NCBI GenBank assembly: GCA_964188305.1
Contig: OZ076889.1
DNA from: Podarcis bocagei
Taxonomy: Eukaryota
Length of the DNA stretch: 64,000 bases
Direction: 5' to 3' (one strand)
The notes beneath the pieces were generated by a model. The model had not been told where the DNA came from. It made no database searches and saw only the letters and a program-made list of their open reading frames with translations. Positions 36,426 to 49,219 of this stretch are shown piece after piece; position 1 is the first letter of the stretch; each line of letters opens with the position of its first letter. A program made the position numbers and the translations under genes.

Positions 36426-39400
36426 GAGTTAACAAAGGCCAGCTTTGATCATTTGAGTTACAGATACAGTGCAAACTTTCCTCATATTCTCCTGGAAGCA
36501 TATCCTGTTTCCCATATACCAGGAGAGGCATAAAGATACTAAGGAACTTGGAATGTCTTTCAGGTCTTACTATGTGTATTCTGTTCTGGTTAATGTCAGT
36601 TTTTCAACTGTGGTGGGATGGTGGATGAAAAATGAAAGCCTGCTGCTGATTTGTTTTGAAACATGCATTCAATATGTCTTCGTAGTTTTTTCTTTTGCAA
36701 TGTTACCAACTGGTATTAAAAATAGCAATTTAAAAAAAACACTGAAGCAGCGCAGCATAGAATAAAATCAATAATATAAAGGCTCCTAAGAGATGTAATG
36801 TTGTCCAACTGCTTAAGAACAACTGTGCAACTGAGAGCGGACCAGTTTATTGTTCACTCCTTTTCCTTAACCCCTTTCTCTGGAGTTACAAATCGTCCCT
36901 CTCCGCGAAGGAACTAGCCGTGATGAAAGCTATAACATCTGCAGAAATGCCAACTACGGTTGGAGCTTACCAGAACTTAATGCAGAATTACACCATGGTT
37001 TCACATCCAGGGTTAACAGGCATCCCAGTTAGTCCTAGCTGCAGACATATTTATCTATGGGGTATGCATCTTACCAAAGGCCAGAAAAAGGTCCTGCCCA
37101 ATCCCTTGGCTGGCTGTTGATTGCTTAACCATGGAACATGTTACATCTGCTCTCAGCCCAGATGACATTTTCCCCTCGGTTTTACATTCAGCTGCTGATA
37201 AAACTTTGGGGAGACTGAAGTGTGTTCAGTTGCATCAAGCGGTTTTGCAAGAAAAGGAGAGTAGGGGGCGGGGGGGGACCACATGTATATTAAATTATAC
37301 TGTGATAACTGTTCTCTTATAAAGCCAGTGAGTGGGGACGCAAAGCAAAGTCTGCTGAATTGGGTTGATTTCTTTTTTACAGTTGCATTTGCAGTTCACC
37401 TTTGAAGATAAATGTCATTGGATAGAATGTAATAACCGTGTGTGTGCTTGCTACTGAAAATGTTTTGTCACTGTGATGGCAAGAATCTAGGGTTACGAGC
37501 CAGTCTTAAGTGAGGCGTTAATTCCCAATGATTTATTTGAATGAGGAGGTTGAGCACACACATAAATATTCTCCACTGAAATCAGCGGGGTCTAAAGTCT
37601 CCTTCACATTTTACTCTTGTAAATATGAGTAGAAAGGGGCTCCTTCAGGCACCACTCCTGCCATCCATGTATTAAGTGTGGATGTCTGAGGTGGGGGAAG
37701 CCTTTGCACATGGATGTCCGGACACATAGGCTTCTAATACCCAGAGAAGCCTACATTTGTAGGCTACCCCACATCAGAAGTCTATGCTAATGGTTGGGCA
37801 CGTGTACATCTGCTACACGACCCCCTCCACCCTTCGTGATTATTATTGCTACATTTATATACCATCCATGAATTCAGTTCTCTAGTGGTTGGTATTCAAC
37901 TATGTTGTACTCAGAGTACTCCTGTTGCAATTGATGTACCTAACTTAGCCATGTTCATTACTTTCCACGTGCCTACTCTGAGTGAAACTTAATACAACTC
38001 ATAGTTTAAACACACACACAAAATCCAATTATAGAAATACAACTTAGCACGTAAAACCACCCCAAAGCCAGCACAAACACAGCAGCACAAAATCAGTTTT
38101 AAACTGGCAAGGGGAAAACATTTACGTTAGCAATTTATAGGCAGCTTAATGTAAAAACAAAAAACCCTCTCTAAGCAATTTACCAAGTTTTTTTTAAAAA
38201 AAAACCAACAACAACCAATCCATAAAACTGTAAGGCTAGAATACAAATAAGATGAAAATACATGTTGTCACTAAAAATCCATAATCGGAATACTAAAACA
38301 AAATACTGAGGAGTGCATGGGGGGGGGGCAGATTAACAGTCAAAAATGCCCAAGCAAATAACTAAGCTTTTGATGGGCATCTAAAACACGTCAGGGTTGA
38401 CATCTCCCGGATTGTGTGGGAGAGGAGGCAAGGAATTAAGAATATTTTAAAATGTGCATGTCCTGGAAGAATATAAAGGTCTACACTTGGCACAATGCAG
38501 GGGGGCACCAGGCAAGCCTCTCTGATGAGGATGTTCTGTGTATGTGACACCACTACCAAAAAGACCTTGCTACCTTTGGACTGTGGCATGGCCTGGGAAT
38601 TTATTCTAACTCTCCACCTCCCTCCCCAGCCACCTTTGACAAGAAATAGTGTCATTAAAGAGCTGACTATTTTAATGTGACCGAAGAAAAGCAGCCAGTC
38701 AGACAACATTAAAAATATAAGGAGTGAATCGGGCTAATGGATGCATGCAGCCATCAGGACGTGTATATACACGCAACACGAACTGCAGCACAGCTTTAAT
38801 TTCTCGCTGAGATCGTTTTTAGTAGGTCTCAAATGAGCTTCCCAGTTTGGCTAAGACTAATAAAAACCTCTTAAAATTACAAATCGAAAGCCGGCTGATG
38901 CTATGCAAATGAAGCAAGTCCTCACTTCGCGACAGAGGATTCATTTGTAACTCAGATCAGAGGCTCCGATCCGTATTTCTTGGTGACTAATGAATATGGC
39001 CTCTGCAGACCAATTTCTGTTCCACTCTATTTAATGGCTGAAGCAGTATCAGTGTGAGCAGTTTGACTCTTCTATTTCCCATTAGAGAAGAGGGGAAGAA
39101 AATCCTTTCATTCCACTCCAAAAGTATCTCCGACCTGCCATTGTAGAGACTCACAATTCAGACAGAAAGAGGATATTAAGATGGATTAGGCTAATTAATT
39201 TTGCTCCTGACAATAGATAGTCCTGACCCGACTTTTTTCTATCCATTCAGGTGTGGAGCAGTGTTCTGGGTGCGACATCTTTTTATTTGTGTGGCGCACC
39301 CTGCTTGCATTTCCATTTGTTTTCGAAATCAGCCAAATCATATGCAGATATAGATATATGCGCCTAATGACACATTGTAACTAGGTAAATGGGACATGGT

Positions 39401-39910
39401 GATTCAGCAATCACCCACATTACGCGTTAACGTAAGAGCCTCCCTTCAATTGACAAATATCGTGTTTTCACTAAAGATCCTTGAAAAAATCCTCCTTAAT
39501 TGCATATTATTTTGTGAGTATCTTAATGTGAGTGTAAGTATGTGAGATCAGGCCGCTACTGATCATTCCTCAGTTCTGAATAAATGGGGAAATCCTCTGC
39601 TCCTGCCGAGCTTAACGTGCACATCAGAGCCCAGTATAGCTCTAGCCTGGCTGGAGGAACTTTAAAATTAAAGCCATGAGCGTTCCCTTTTTATATGCTT
39701 CAGTATGCTAATAATATTCTTTTTCACTGCTGCTCCAAGGCTTCTTATATCAATGCTCTTTGTTATACGGGGAAAGCAGTAGCCTTTTGGTCTTTAAATC
39801 ACCGCAAATCATGTTGACAGTTAAATATTGTAATTGTCATCAGATCATGTTAGGGACTCTCTCCTGTTGCCTTAAGGCAGTAAGGCCTAATATTTTTCTA
39901 CTGAATGCAG

Positions 39911-40094
39911 GCTATTGTTGACACGGTGGACAACCTGCTTAGGACCCAAGCACTAGACTCCTGGAGAGATATGAATTCCTCTGAACGGGCACATGCTGCA
40001 ACCATGTTACTTGATACCCTGGAAGAAGGGGCCTTTGTCTTGGCTGACAACCTCTTAGAACCAACAAGGGTCGCAATGCCTACAGATCACATTG
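39911..40094 (+). CDS. ADGRL2: ADGRL2 exon, GAIN domain ([11 protein letters not shown]...RVAMPTDHI)
   Basis: Acceptor ctgaatgcag|GCT, donor ATTG|gtaagt, 184 nt. Confidence 0.96.
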
Positions 40095-42226
40095 GTAAGT
40101 GAATACGTCTTGAAACGCTTGGCATCACACCGTGGGAAGAGTCCACCAAACCCAGTGGTTTGGGATGTCCATATATTCCACAGTGCAATTTGCCCCATTA
40201 GAAATATATTACATGAAAATAATACAGAAACCTCTAAATTTTAAAAATGGAAAACCATTATAGATTGATGTTCTGGTTATAGAACAGATAGCGACTAAGA
40301 TTGTAACCCCGAAAATTCCTAGTTTGATTATTTTTGGCTAACAAAATTAAGTCAAAGGACTTAGGCAAGTAACCTTTATCTTATTCTCATCTGAATTATG
40401 GAGCTAATAATATTGGGCTACTTCTGAAGGATTATTGTAAATATTTCTGGATAAAATGTGTATGTAGCGCTTTTAACACTTTGAAAAATGTGCTACATAA
40501 ATGATAGAAAATACATACATATGTTTCAGTCTCATGGTAGAAACTCTTTCTCCTTTATACATAATCGGTTCCTAATGAATGTAGATTACTTTCAGGGAGA
40601 GCGCATTGCCAACTTTGGGCACATAGCACATAGACTAAATGTTTGCATTAAGCACAACTACCTTCAGGTGAAAGTGTGTTCAGTGAGCCACATCTCCCAC
40701 AATACAAAATAGCCATGCTTTGCAGATTGCAAAATAGCTACCGACACTTTGAGCATAATTTATCATTTAAATGCTGGCAGGGAAATGAAACTATTATGTA
40801 TTAGGGACATACAGGTATATCTTGTGTGGTTAAGAAGGTTGTTGTGTATAGCTGTAAAATGCCATTCTCCTTGTATCCTTGAGGCTTATACCAGTCTACA
40901 TATTAGGAGGTAGAGCACACATATGTCACAGACATTTCAAGACTAGACTTTAAAATGGAAAAACTAATTTATGAATGGGAGAATGTCAGGTACGTGGATT
41001 TGTGAATGAGGTGGTGCATGTTTCTGTTGCTAAAGGCGGAAGCAGAGTTTGCAGATGATCAGCTGTGGAATGCTAAGGATGTCTACTCCAAAGTAAATTC
41101 ATCTAGGTTAAGTGGGCCTTTGGCTGTGAAGCAAATCCCCTTTGTACGAGGCCTGGTGGGCTGGGGAGACGGATTGGCTTGAGGTGCCTCACCACCCAGT
41201 CATCACACTGACTGCCACTATCAGCCTGCAGAGTGAGGTCAGCATGTAGAGTCTCCCTCACAATAAGCAGAAGTACCACCAGTGGAAGCCATGTTCCAGG
41301 AAAGAGGAGGTGCTGAGCTGGACCTCTTCACCTGCTGGCATCGGTCCTGAGCTTGGCTGGATCACTGCATTACCTCCAGGCTGCTGCAACCTGCTTTTCC
41401 CCTCCTCCAGCCATCTCCCCTGGCCGGTGTGAGAGTTGTAGATGCAGTGGTGGGTTCCACCATTCTGTCACACCCTGCCCCTGCCCAACTAGTTGCTATC
41501 AACTAATGATTTTTTTTCATATTTAGTTTATCTATTTACATTAATAAATATATACCCTTTCCCCACCCTAGAAAAATAGCTGCTGGTACTCACCCTGCTA
41601 CAGTTTTTAACAAAAACAAAAGAGGTGCCATTACTGCATACTCTTGAGTAACCCCTGAAAAAAAGCACTGTCCATATCCTACCTTTCCCCAGAGTCGTGC
41701 CCATTGTTATTACCTCCAGCACCCCTTTAATTTAAGTAGGTTAGGCTAAAATACAATGACTGAGCCATGGTCACCCTACAGAGATTTAAGCCTGGAAGCC
41801 CCCAGTCCCATTCTGACAGTTTTAATGATCTACTCCTCTGGCTTCCTGTTGCTGAGAGATTAGGCATAGCAATAGCAAGTAGGACACAAACACTAAAAAT
41901 TCATGCATCATGGCTGCTTTGGTCTCCAAAAGTTAAGCATTTCTTCCAACTAAGAACTCTTGGGACTTTTGAAGTGATCTCTCTTAGGCTCACATTAAAA
42001 CCAGGTTGGCTGTCATGTTCTTTGAACTGGCGTGCTGTTACTTTTGTGCATCTGCACGCGGGTTTGATTAAAATTTAAAGGAAAATGACTCCAATGCTAC
42101 CGGTATGCATCTGTCATGTACAAGCAAGAAAATAAGCATCCCGAAAGGAAAAAAAGGAAAAGGAAAACATCAGCCAAATCTGACCACAGAAAACAAAAAC
42201 CTTCTTCTTGCTTTTTGTCCACCTAG

Positions 42227-42349
42227 TCTTGGAAGTTGCAGTGCTGAGTACAGAAGGACAGGTGCAGGACTTGAAATTCCCCCAGGGCAATGCAGGAGGC
42301 AATTCTATCCAGCTCTCTTCGAACACTGTGAAGCAGAACAGCAGAAGCG
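42227..42349 (+). CDS. ADGRL2: ADGRL2 exon, GAIN subdomain B ([19 protein letters not shown]...VKQNSRS)
   Basis: Acceptor ttgtccacctag|TC, donor AGCG|gtatgt, 123 nt. Confidence 0.96.
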
Positions 42350-42610
42350 GTATGTCTTTTGCAAACCATTTATTTTTCAGCTGTAGCAACTTAATTTTGG
42401 AAGGGTTTGCTGTGTTATAATAATACACCCTCAGCAACATTAAAAATAGCCAGTCGATAGCTCTCATTTGTAAATAACATTAGGCTGCCATTTTTCTTTC
42501 TTTCTTTCTTTTTACTCGAATCAATCTTTCTGCACTAAAGCTGGGGAGGGATAGGCTATTTAAAACATGCCATGTTATTTAAAGTGACTATAATAGCTTT
42601 CTTTTCACAG

Positions 42611-42816
42611 GGTTAGCAAAGCTGGTTTTCATAATTTACAAAAGCTTGGGCCAGTTCCTCAGTACGGAAAATGCAACCATCAAACTGGGAGGAGAGTTTG
42701 CTGGCAGGAACAGTACCATCGCTGTGAACTCTGACGTCATTGCAGCCTCCATCAACAAGGAGTCCAGTCGCGTGTACTTGACAGACCCTGTTCTTTTCAC
42801 CCTGGCACACATTGAT
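42611..42816 (+). CDS. ADGRL2: ADGRL2 exon, GAIN subdomain B ([23 protein letters not shown]...VLFTLAHID)
   Basis: Acceptor cttttcacag|GG, donor GAT|gtgagt, 206 nt. Confidence 0.96.
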
Positions 42817-43299
42817 GTGAGTTATGGTAATGAATTAATGGGAAGGTCATAAAATCAGCAAGAGCAAAGAGCAAAGAAGGGACGGGGGTGGATCTTTCAA
42901 TTTGAATTTTAAATGTCGGACTAGGTCAGAGGCACAGGTTTGTTTAAGTCTACGAACATAAAATTAAATGAGCCTGGTTCAGTGATTATTAGAACTTAAG
43001 TGTATTCTTAATGAAAGCTAATTCGGTAATCAACATGAAAATGTAAATGGCTCTAATTTGTTCCTAAGTGAAAATTAACTCTTACCTTAGCAGCAGGACA
43101 GAAAAACACCAGCTCTTATGATTTTGCTTCCTTAATGCAGCAAAATTTTAATGGAACTTAGAGCATTTTGCTTTAATTCCATTCTGTCTGCTGGAGCCCA
43201 TTCACTAATCGTTCAGATAGGTTTTAGTCAACGAGGGAATCTGGTGCTGTTTTCTGCATTCTGCTTGACACTAGGTTTAACTTCTCTGTGCTTGAACTA

Positions 43300-43505
43300 G
43301 TCAGGTGGTAGTATTCCGACTAAACATCAGGAAGAACTTTTTGACAATAAGAGCTGCTCAACAGTGGAACAGACTCTTTAGAGTAGTTGTTGTTTTTAGC
43401 AGAGGTTAGATGTCCATCTGTCATGTATGATCTAGTTGAGATTCCTGTATTGCAGGGGTTTGGACTAGATGACCCTCAGGATCCCTTCCAATGCTACGAT
43501 TTTAT
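43300..43505 (+). mobile_element. CR1 LINE 3' end
   Basis: ctaaacatcaggaagaactttttgaca...ttggactagatgaccctcaggatcccttccaa...gatt, a canonical CR1 terminus. Confidence 0.75.
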
Positions 43506-44130
43506 TTTCCCAGCTGAGATTTTCCATTTACCGAAAGAGAAGACTCTTAAAAAAAGAAAGGAAAAATCCCCTATCTAGGTGTTTTTCCCCAGACTAGTTT
43601 TTCAGTTCAGTTTAATCTGAATTATTATGTCTAGTGATCCTTTAGACTTGATGGAAATTGAGAAAAGGAAAGTGAATTCGTTAGTAAATCCTCAATTATT
43701 CAAGAAGCCCTTTAGAGAAACTTCATGAATCTACTGCTACAGGATCGGCAGAAATGGCCACAAGTGCACAGTATGAACATTGAACAGCAAGTAGGAAACT
43801 GATTGATTAAAATTAGATCTATAGTAATGTGGATTGCACTTTGGCATATTTTAAACTATTAGACCCACTTTATAACTAGGTGGTAGGCTTGTTCAACATG
43901 TTCTTGTCGGGTTTGCTAATGCTAGGTACAATCCACCACAGTCTATCCTAGGTCACCTTAATTGCTGTTTAATGGTGTATGAACCTATGCCCCTTATTCA
44001 ATTGTGCTCCAAAACAGCAAACCACAAAAATGTGGAGAATGTAATCCAAATTGTATTCTATGTCCATTGTGCCATACTTGTCATTTCTGGGTTTACAGTT
44101 CTAATTTTCTTTCATCCTGGTGTTTTGCAG

Positions 44131-44304
44131 ACCAAGAATTATTTCAATGCAAATTGTTCCTTCTGGAACTACTCTGAACGGACTATGATGGGCTATTGGT
44201 CAACTCAAGGATGCAAGCTGATTGACACAAATAAAACGCATACCACGTGTGCATGTAGCCACCTAACCAATTTTGCAATCCTCATGGCACATAGGGGAAT
44301 TGCG
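44131..44304 (+). CDS. ADGRL2: ADGRL2 exon, GPS autoproteolysis motif and tethered agonist (NANCSFWNY...CACSHL|[13 protein letters not shown])
   Basis: Acceptor gttttgcag|ACC, donor GCG|gtaagg, 174 nt. Intact H-L|T triad with the Thr codon at 44266-44268. Confidence 0.97.
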
Positions 44305-45473
44305 GTAAGGAACAATGCCTTTAATCGGCAACCAAATGACATTTAGAAAACCTACTTTAACATCTCTATGTTTGAACTATCTATACAGTCGGATGTTAGT
44401 ATAATTTCAGGATCCTTCTGGACATCTCATTTCAAATATGACCTTTGTGTTCCATAGGTTCAGATGTAAAATGAAGAAAAAGAATGTGTCTGTTCAGCAC
44501 CTTATATTTAATGCTGAATGCCATTTCATTAAAGGAGTTCAAATATACAGTCATCCCCTATCATTATATACCAATATTTCTGCTTTCTGGCAATTTTAAG
44601 TTCTCCGACATACTCTTGCTTTCTCAAAGCATTTTGTAGATTTCTGATAGGATTGCAGTTAAGGCTGCAAATTCACATTGGGACTGGTTAACTGTTGACA
44701 AAGGGATGGATATTTACACCTTTCAAAAGCATACTTAAAAGGGAAGTGTGTATTCTGCTCTGCATTCTCTAGACCCACGTATTAGGTATCTGGATGGCAT
44801 CAATTCTGAGGGCATTATAGAGCTGAGTTATGCAAGACATTGAAACTCACATATAACAGTGCAAAACATAAAGTCTGCTGCGACAAGTCCTTCTTTGCTA
44901 TCCTATTAATATCATTTTACATCCTGTCTATACATGTAAACAGTGATTTCATTAACCCTGCCTCTAGTTCCCCCAGATTACCACATTTAAATAAATATAA
45001 TCATTTCCACAATACATTCCACCTATGAACTCTTCTTACCTATCCTTTAAATCTGTAGAAAGTGTTGTGTAATTCACCAATGGGTTATGCAAGTACTGGA
45101 AAGGAATCCTGTACTGAAAAAATCAAAAACTACCAAGAACTATAAAGTACAAGTTCTTCTAGATGCTACTGAGCTATAGAGCCATGGAAATGATAATAAA
45201 AGATCTTAATTTTCTCTTACCTGGTCATGAGCTGTATCACTGGCCAAGGAGCCTGACAGCCTCACCTACTCTAACTGGATCACACAATGAGAGTTATTCA
45301 TCCATTCCATTTATGGAACATATGGTTTATACGGAAGATCTCTCATTTCCTTAAATTTCCTTTAATGTCCTTAACAATGCTTTATTTGTGCATTGAATAT
45401 AGAAATTATGTTTTCCCTCCCATGCCCTCCTTCCCAAACATCCCTTAGGCTTAAAATGTGGCATGTTATTGGA

Positions 45474-45524
<51 letters not shown>
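45474..45524. repeat. (AAT)17 microsatellite
   Basis: Direct reading. Confidence 0.95.
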
Positions 45525-45701
45525 TTTCAAAGTTACCGGTAGTTCATCTCCAGTGTTTATCTCTGTAACTGTCAATGAACAGGCTGTTGTGCTGTCCTTT
45601 GAACAAAGTTGGAATTTCTAAGTGTTAGCGAGAAACTTGATATTTTAGTTTTGCATTGATCAGTGACCACACTAATTTTCTTTACTCTTCATCCTTTCCA
45701 G

Positions 45702-45908
45702 TACAATGGAATGCATGGTTTACTCCTCACTGTCATCACCTGGGTAGGGATTGTCATTTCCCTTGTCTGCCTGGCAATTTGCATCTTCACTTTCTGTTTC
45801 TTCCGCGGCCTTCAAAGTGACCGAAACACAATTCACAAGAACCTTTGCATCAACCTCCTCATTGCAGAATTTATTTTCCTAATAGGCATCGATAAGACGG
45901 AGTACAAG
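45702..45908 (+). CDS. ADGRL2: ADGRL2 exon, TM1-TM2 ([21 protein letters not shown]...IGIDKTEYK)
   Basis: Acceptor atcctttccag|TAC, donor AAG|gtaagc, 207 nt. Confidence 0.97.
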
Positions 45909-46464
45909 GTAAGCCCTCTATGTTTAACACACACCTGAAGATACCTCACTGAAAAGAATGGTAGCAGTAAAGTATTTGATGGCCAAAAGAAGTTTCTCAG
46001 TTGTCTGCTTTTTCGATGCAACCTTTAGCCACTCCCCCCCCCCCCCATGGACGGGTAGGTTGCTCAGGAAATAATGGCAGGCAGAGAAAAGGTTGAACAG
46101 CTAAGGTCTGAAACTTCTCATTTAGATGCAAAGATGGAACTATCTCATTTAGCTTGAGAGCGTTGAGATTTTGCATGGAAGATGAGTTTACCACTATATA
46201 TGGCTTAGAATTTACTATGCCACAAAGACTTACACCAGTTTAGGTTAAACAACAAAAAATATTGATGCCATAGAAGGTGCAGGAGGGTCGACTGGCACCC
46301 ACAGGTGTTGCATTGGCAACCTCTGATATAGAGAAAGCAAGAAAACATGCCTGTTCAATGTCGTTGGGGGCGAGTAGAAGCTTAATAAGCCTGTCAGAGA
46401 GTTTCTTGTGAGGTATTGTTTAGCATTTAAGCCACCTATTGACCAACAAGATTTTCCTTCAATA

Positions 46465-46673
46465 CAGTAGTACCTCGGGTTAAGTACTTAATTCGTTCCG
46501 GAGGTCCATTCTTAACCTGAAGCACCACTTTAGCTAATGGGGCCTCCCGCTGCCGCCACGCCGCCAGAGCACAATTTCTGTTCTCATCCTGAAGCAAAGT
46601 TCTTAACCCAAGGTACTATTTCTGGGTTAGCGGAGTCTGTAACCTGAAGCGTATGTAACCCAAGGTACCACTG
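46465..46673 (-). mobile_element. Tigger-like MITE family A, inverted copy
   Basis: Reverse complement of the 22005 copy with a small internal deletion. TA on both sides. Confidence 0.88.
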
Positions 46674-47512
46674 TATTGTGTGTGTATTAGGGAGGGAGGG
46701 AGATCATACATGTACAAGTGATGACAATTCAGATTGATGTATGGTAGTTTCTGTTATTTATGTTCATTGTTCAAGATCATTTTTTGTAATCCAGTGAAAC
46801 AGATTTTGCAGCTCCACTGGGACGAATGGAACTAAGGAAGCAGTTAAATGCTTAACTCCCAGTTGGCTGCAGTGGGTTCTTAGATAAACCTGCCTCTTGT
46901 CCGGTAGATGTACCTAGTGCCCCCAGATACAGGAGAATGTTATACAGAAATAATACATTCCTATCCTTAAGAGATAGAAAGCTATGGAATTCTTTTCCTT
47001 TGTGTGTCTTCATTTCTCACTTCAGATTAGCCTTTTCCTAAATCTCAAGGCATGAGGCTGAACCCATGGTTTTTCTAAAATAAGCTGCCCTTAGAATTGA
47101 GTCAGTCGGTAGGATTTTGTTCTGCACTCATCTACAGAGTGTGGCTAGTGATATGATAGCAGATCTTCCTAAAAATAGAAAAAGCAACGATATTTGATAT
47201 TTAAAGGGAAATGGAATATTCTGACAGAGGCATAAGAATTTTCAACGGAAGGTATAAATAATACATCTAGTAGCTGGGGCTCTTTATCTTCTTGTACCAA
47301 ATCATCTGCAATATAAGCCTTACAGCAGAGTGTTAACATTGCGCTACCAAAAATTAATGGACTGCTTGCCACACTTGATATTCCATTGCGTCAAAGAATG
47401 CTAATAGGCACATACTTTCCATATCTTAACTCACAGAGTGCAAGAGAGTAGAAGCTGCAGCTACTGGGAACACAATAGTTTTCAGTAGTTATGAAGTTTT
47501 ATGTTTGGGGGG

Positions 47513-47515
<3 letters not shown>

Positions 47516-47545
<30 letters not shown>
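47516..47545. repeat. (GT)n microsatellite
   Basis: Direct reading. Confidence 0.95.
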
Positions 47546-47548
<3 letters not shown>

Positions 47549-47697
47549 GGGGGGTTCAATTATTTCATATACAGTATGCTGCCATTACAAACCAAGCTGT
47601 TAACATCCACATGATTTCGTTTTCTGAATACATCAGATTAAGTGGGAAGGTTGAAAAGTGTTGCACCTTGCATTTGATTGTTTCTTTTTCTTTGCAG

Positions 47698-47918
47698 ATT
47701 GCATGCCCAATATTTGCCGGCCTCTTACACTTTTTCTTCCTGGCAGCCTTTGCCTGGATGTGCCTAGAAGGGGTGCAGCTCTATCTCATGTTAGTAGAAG
47801 TATTTGAAAGTGAATATTCTAGGAAGAAGTACTACTATGTTGCTGGCTACCTCTTTCCTGCCACTGTTGTTGGTGTCTCGGCAGCTATCGACTACTCCAG
47901 CTATGGAGCGCAAAATGC
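47698..47918 (+). CDS. ADGRL2: ADGRL2 exon, TM3-TM4 ([25 protein letters not shown]...YSSYGAQNA)
   Basis: Acceptor tttttctttgcag|ATT, donor GC|gtaagt, 221 nt. Confidence 0.97.
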
Positions 47919-49219
47919 GTAAGTAATTGCTAGTGACCTGAGTGTTTCAGGCGATTTTTTTTATTTTTTTTTAAGCGTGTTAGCTGTCAGAACCCCTGAC
48001 AGACTAAAATAGCACCAGAAAGCTTTATTGGTACGAGAATGGCAAGGCTGTGTGCAAATTCCAATCAGGTCTTTTGTAATTTTCTAGGTTCAGAGAATTT
48101 GTACCCTGGAGAGGCAAGATTCTAAATTACCACCTTTCTTTTTAACACAAAAGATTGACCCGAAACAAATTGGGAGAAAAAGTAAATAACTTTTTGGGCC
48201 TCCAATGAATATTAAGTAAAATAAAACAAAATAAAATTCTACTTTACTTAAAAGTATCTGGTTTGCTTTAACCCCCCTGCCCTAGTTTTAAGCTAACACT
48301 TCATTAGATTTCTTTGTTCAGCATGCTTTCTAGCCAGTTCTCTTTATGGAGAATGATAGTGCAGGGTTTCTGCCCCAGTGGTTCACTTTGATAATATTTA
48401 TCGGGAAAGAATCGGATTAAAATTAGCCCACTGTTTTCTATTTGTAAAAAGTAGGGATATTTATACAAAGTGACAGAAGGTAGACCCCCCCCCCAAAAAA
48501 AATATTTCTGAGGGTTTATGTTGCTAGAGGCATAAATGTGCCTTCCAATAGAACTTACTTTGTCCTGTGATGAAATTAGTTACAGTATGGGCAGATACTG
48601 TTGGAATACAAGCAAGCTGCTTGATTCTGCTGTTGATGAAAGACAAACGAAAGCGATTCCGTAGGGAGCTGTGCTATATGAAAAGTGAATCAGTAAGTGA
48701 AGTGAGTCCCGATAAACTGATGCGTAATTTAGTTTAATCCTGTTTGGTTTTTTTTTTGTTTTAACTATTAAATTTGCAGCAGTGGGGCTGAGACATTTTG
48801 TTTGCATTATGCTGCTCTGCAGAAGAAGAAGAAATATGACATTTAATCATTTTCTGAGTTGGCGTTCCTTGGGGATAGTCAAGTGATGGACAGCTAAATC
48901 ATGTTTTAAATGCACAAAGAAAAGCTGTGTGGGGAGAGGGGGACCCACATCTATACTCTTCCCTGGGTTCACAGCCTATATCAAATACTAACCCAAAAGG
49001 AAGCAGAGTTGCTTAATCAAATACCAGGCTTTTTGCGGTTGCCCTGTACTTCCAGGTACCCCTTGGGGTTGATTAGCTGTACCACACAGGGCATCTTCTT
49101 AATGCTTGATGCTTTTCAACTTGTTGGTTGACCCCATTCTAAGGTGAGCTGTACCAGTGGCAACATCACTATTTTTTTTGTTGCATTTCATTGAAAAGAA
49201 GTGGGGGGGGGGATAAATA

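Noticed and set aside
41140-41490. GC-rich patch with faint terminal symmetry
   Set aside because: The match between the ends is too weak to call by eye. Likely an old repeat of unknown family.
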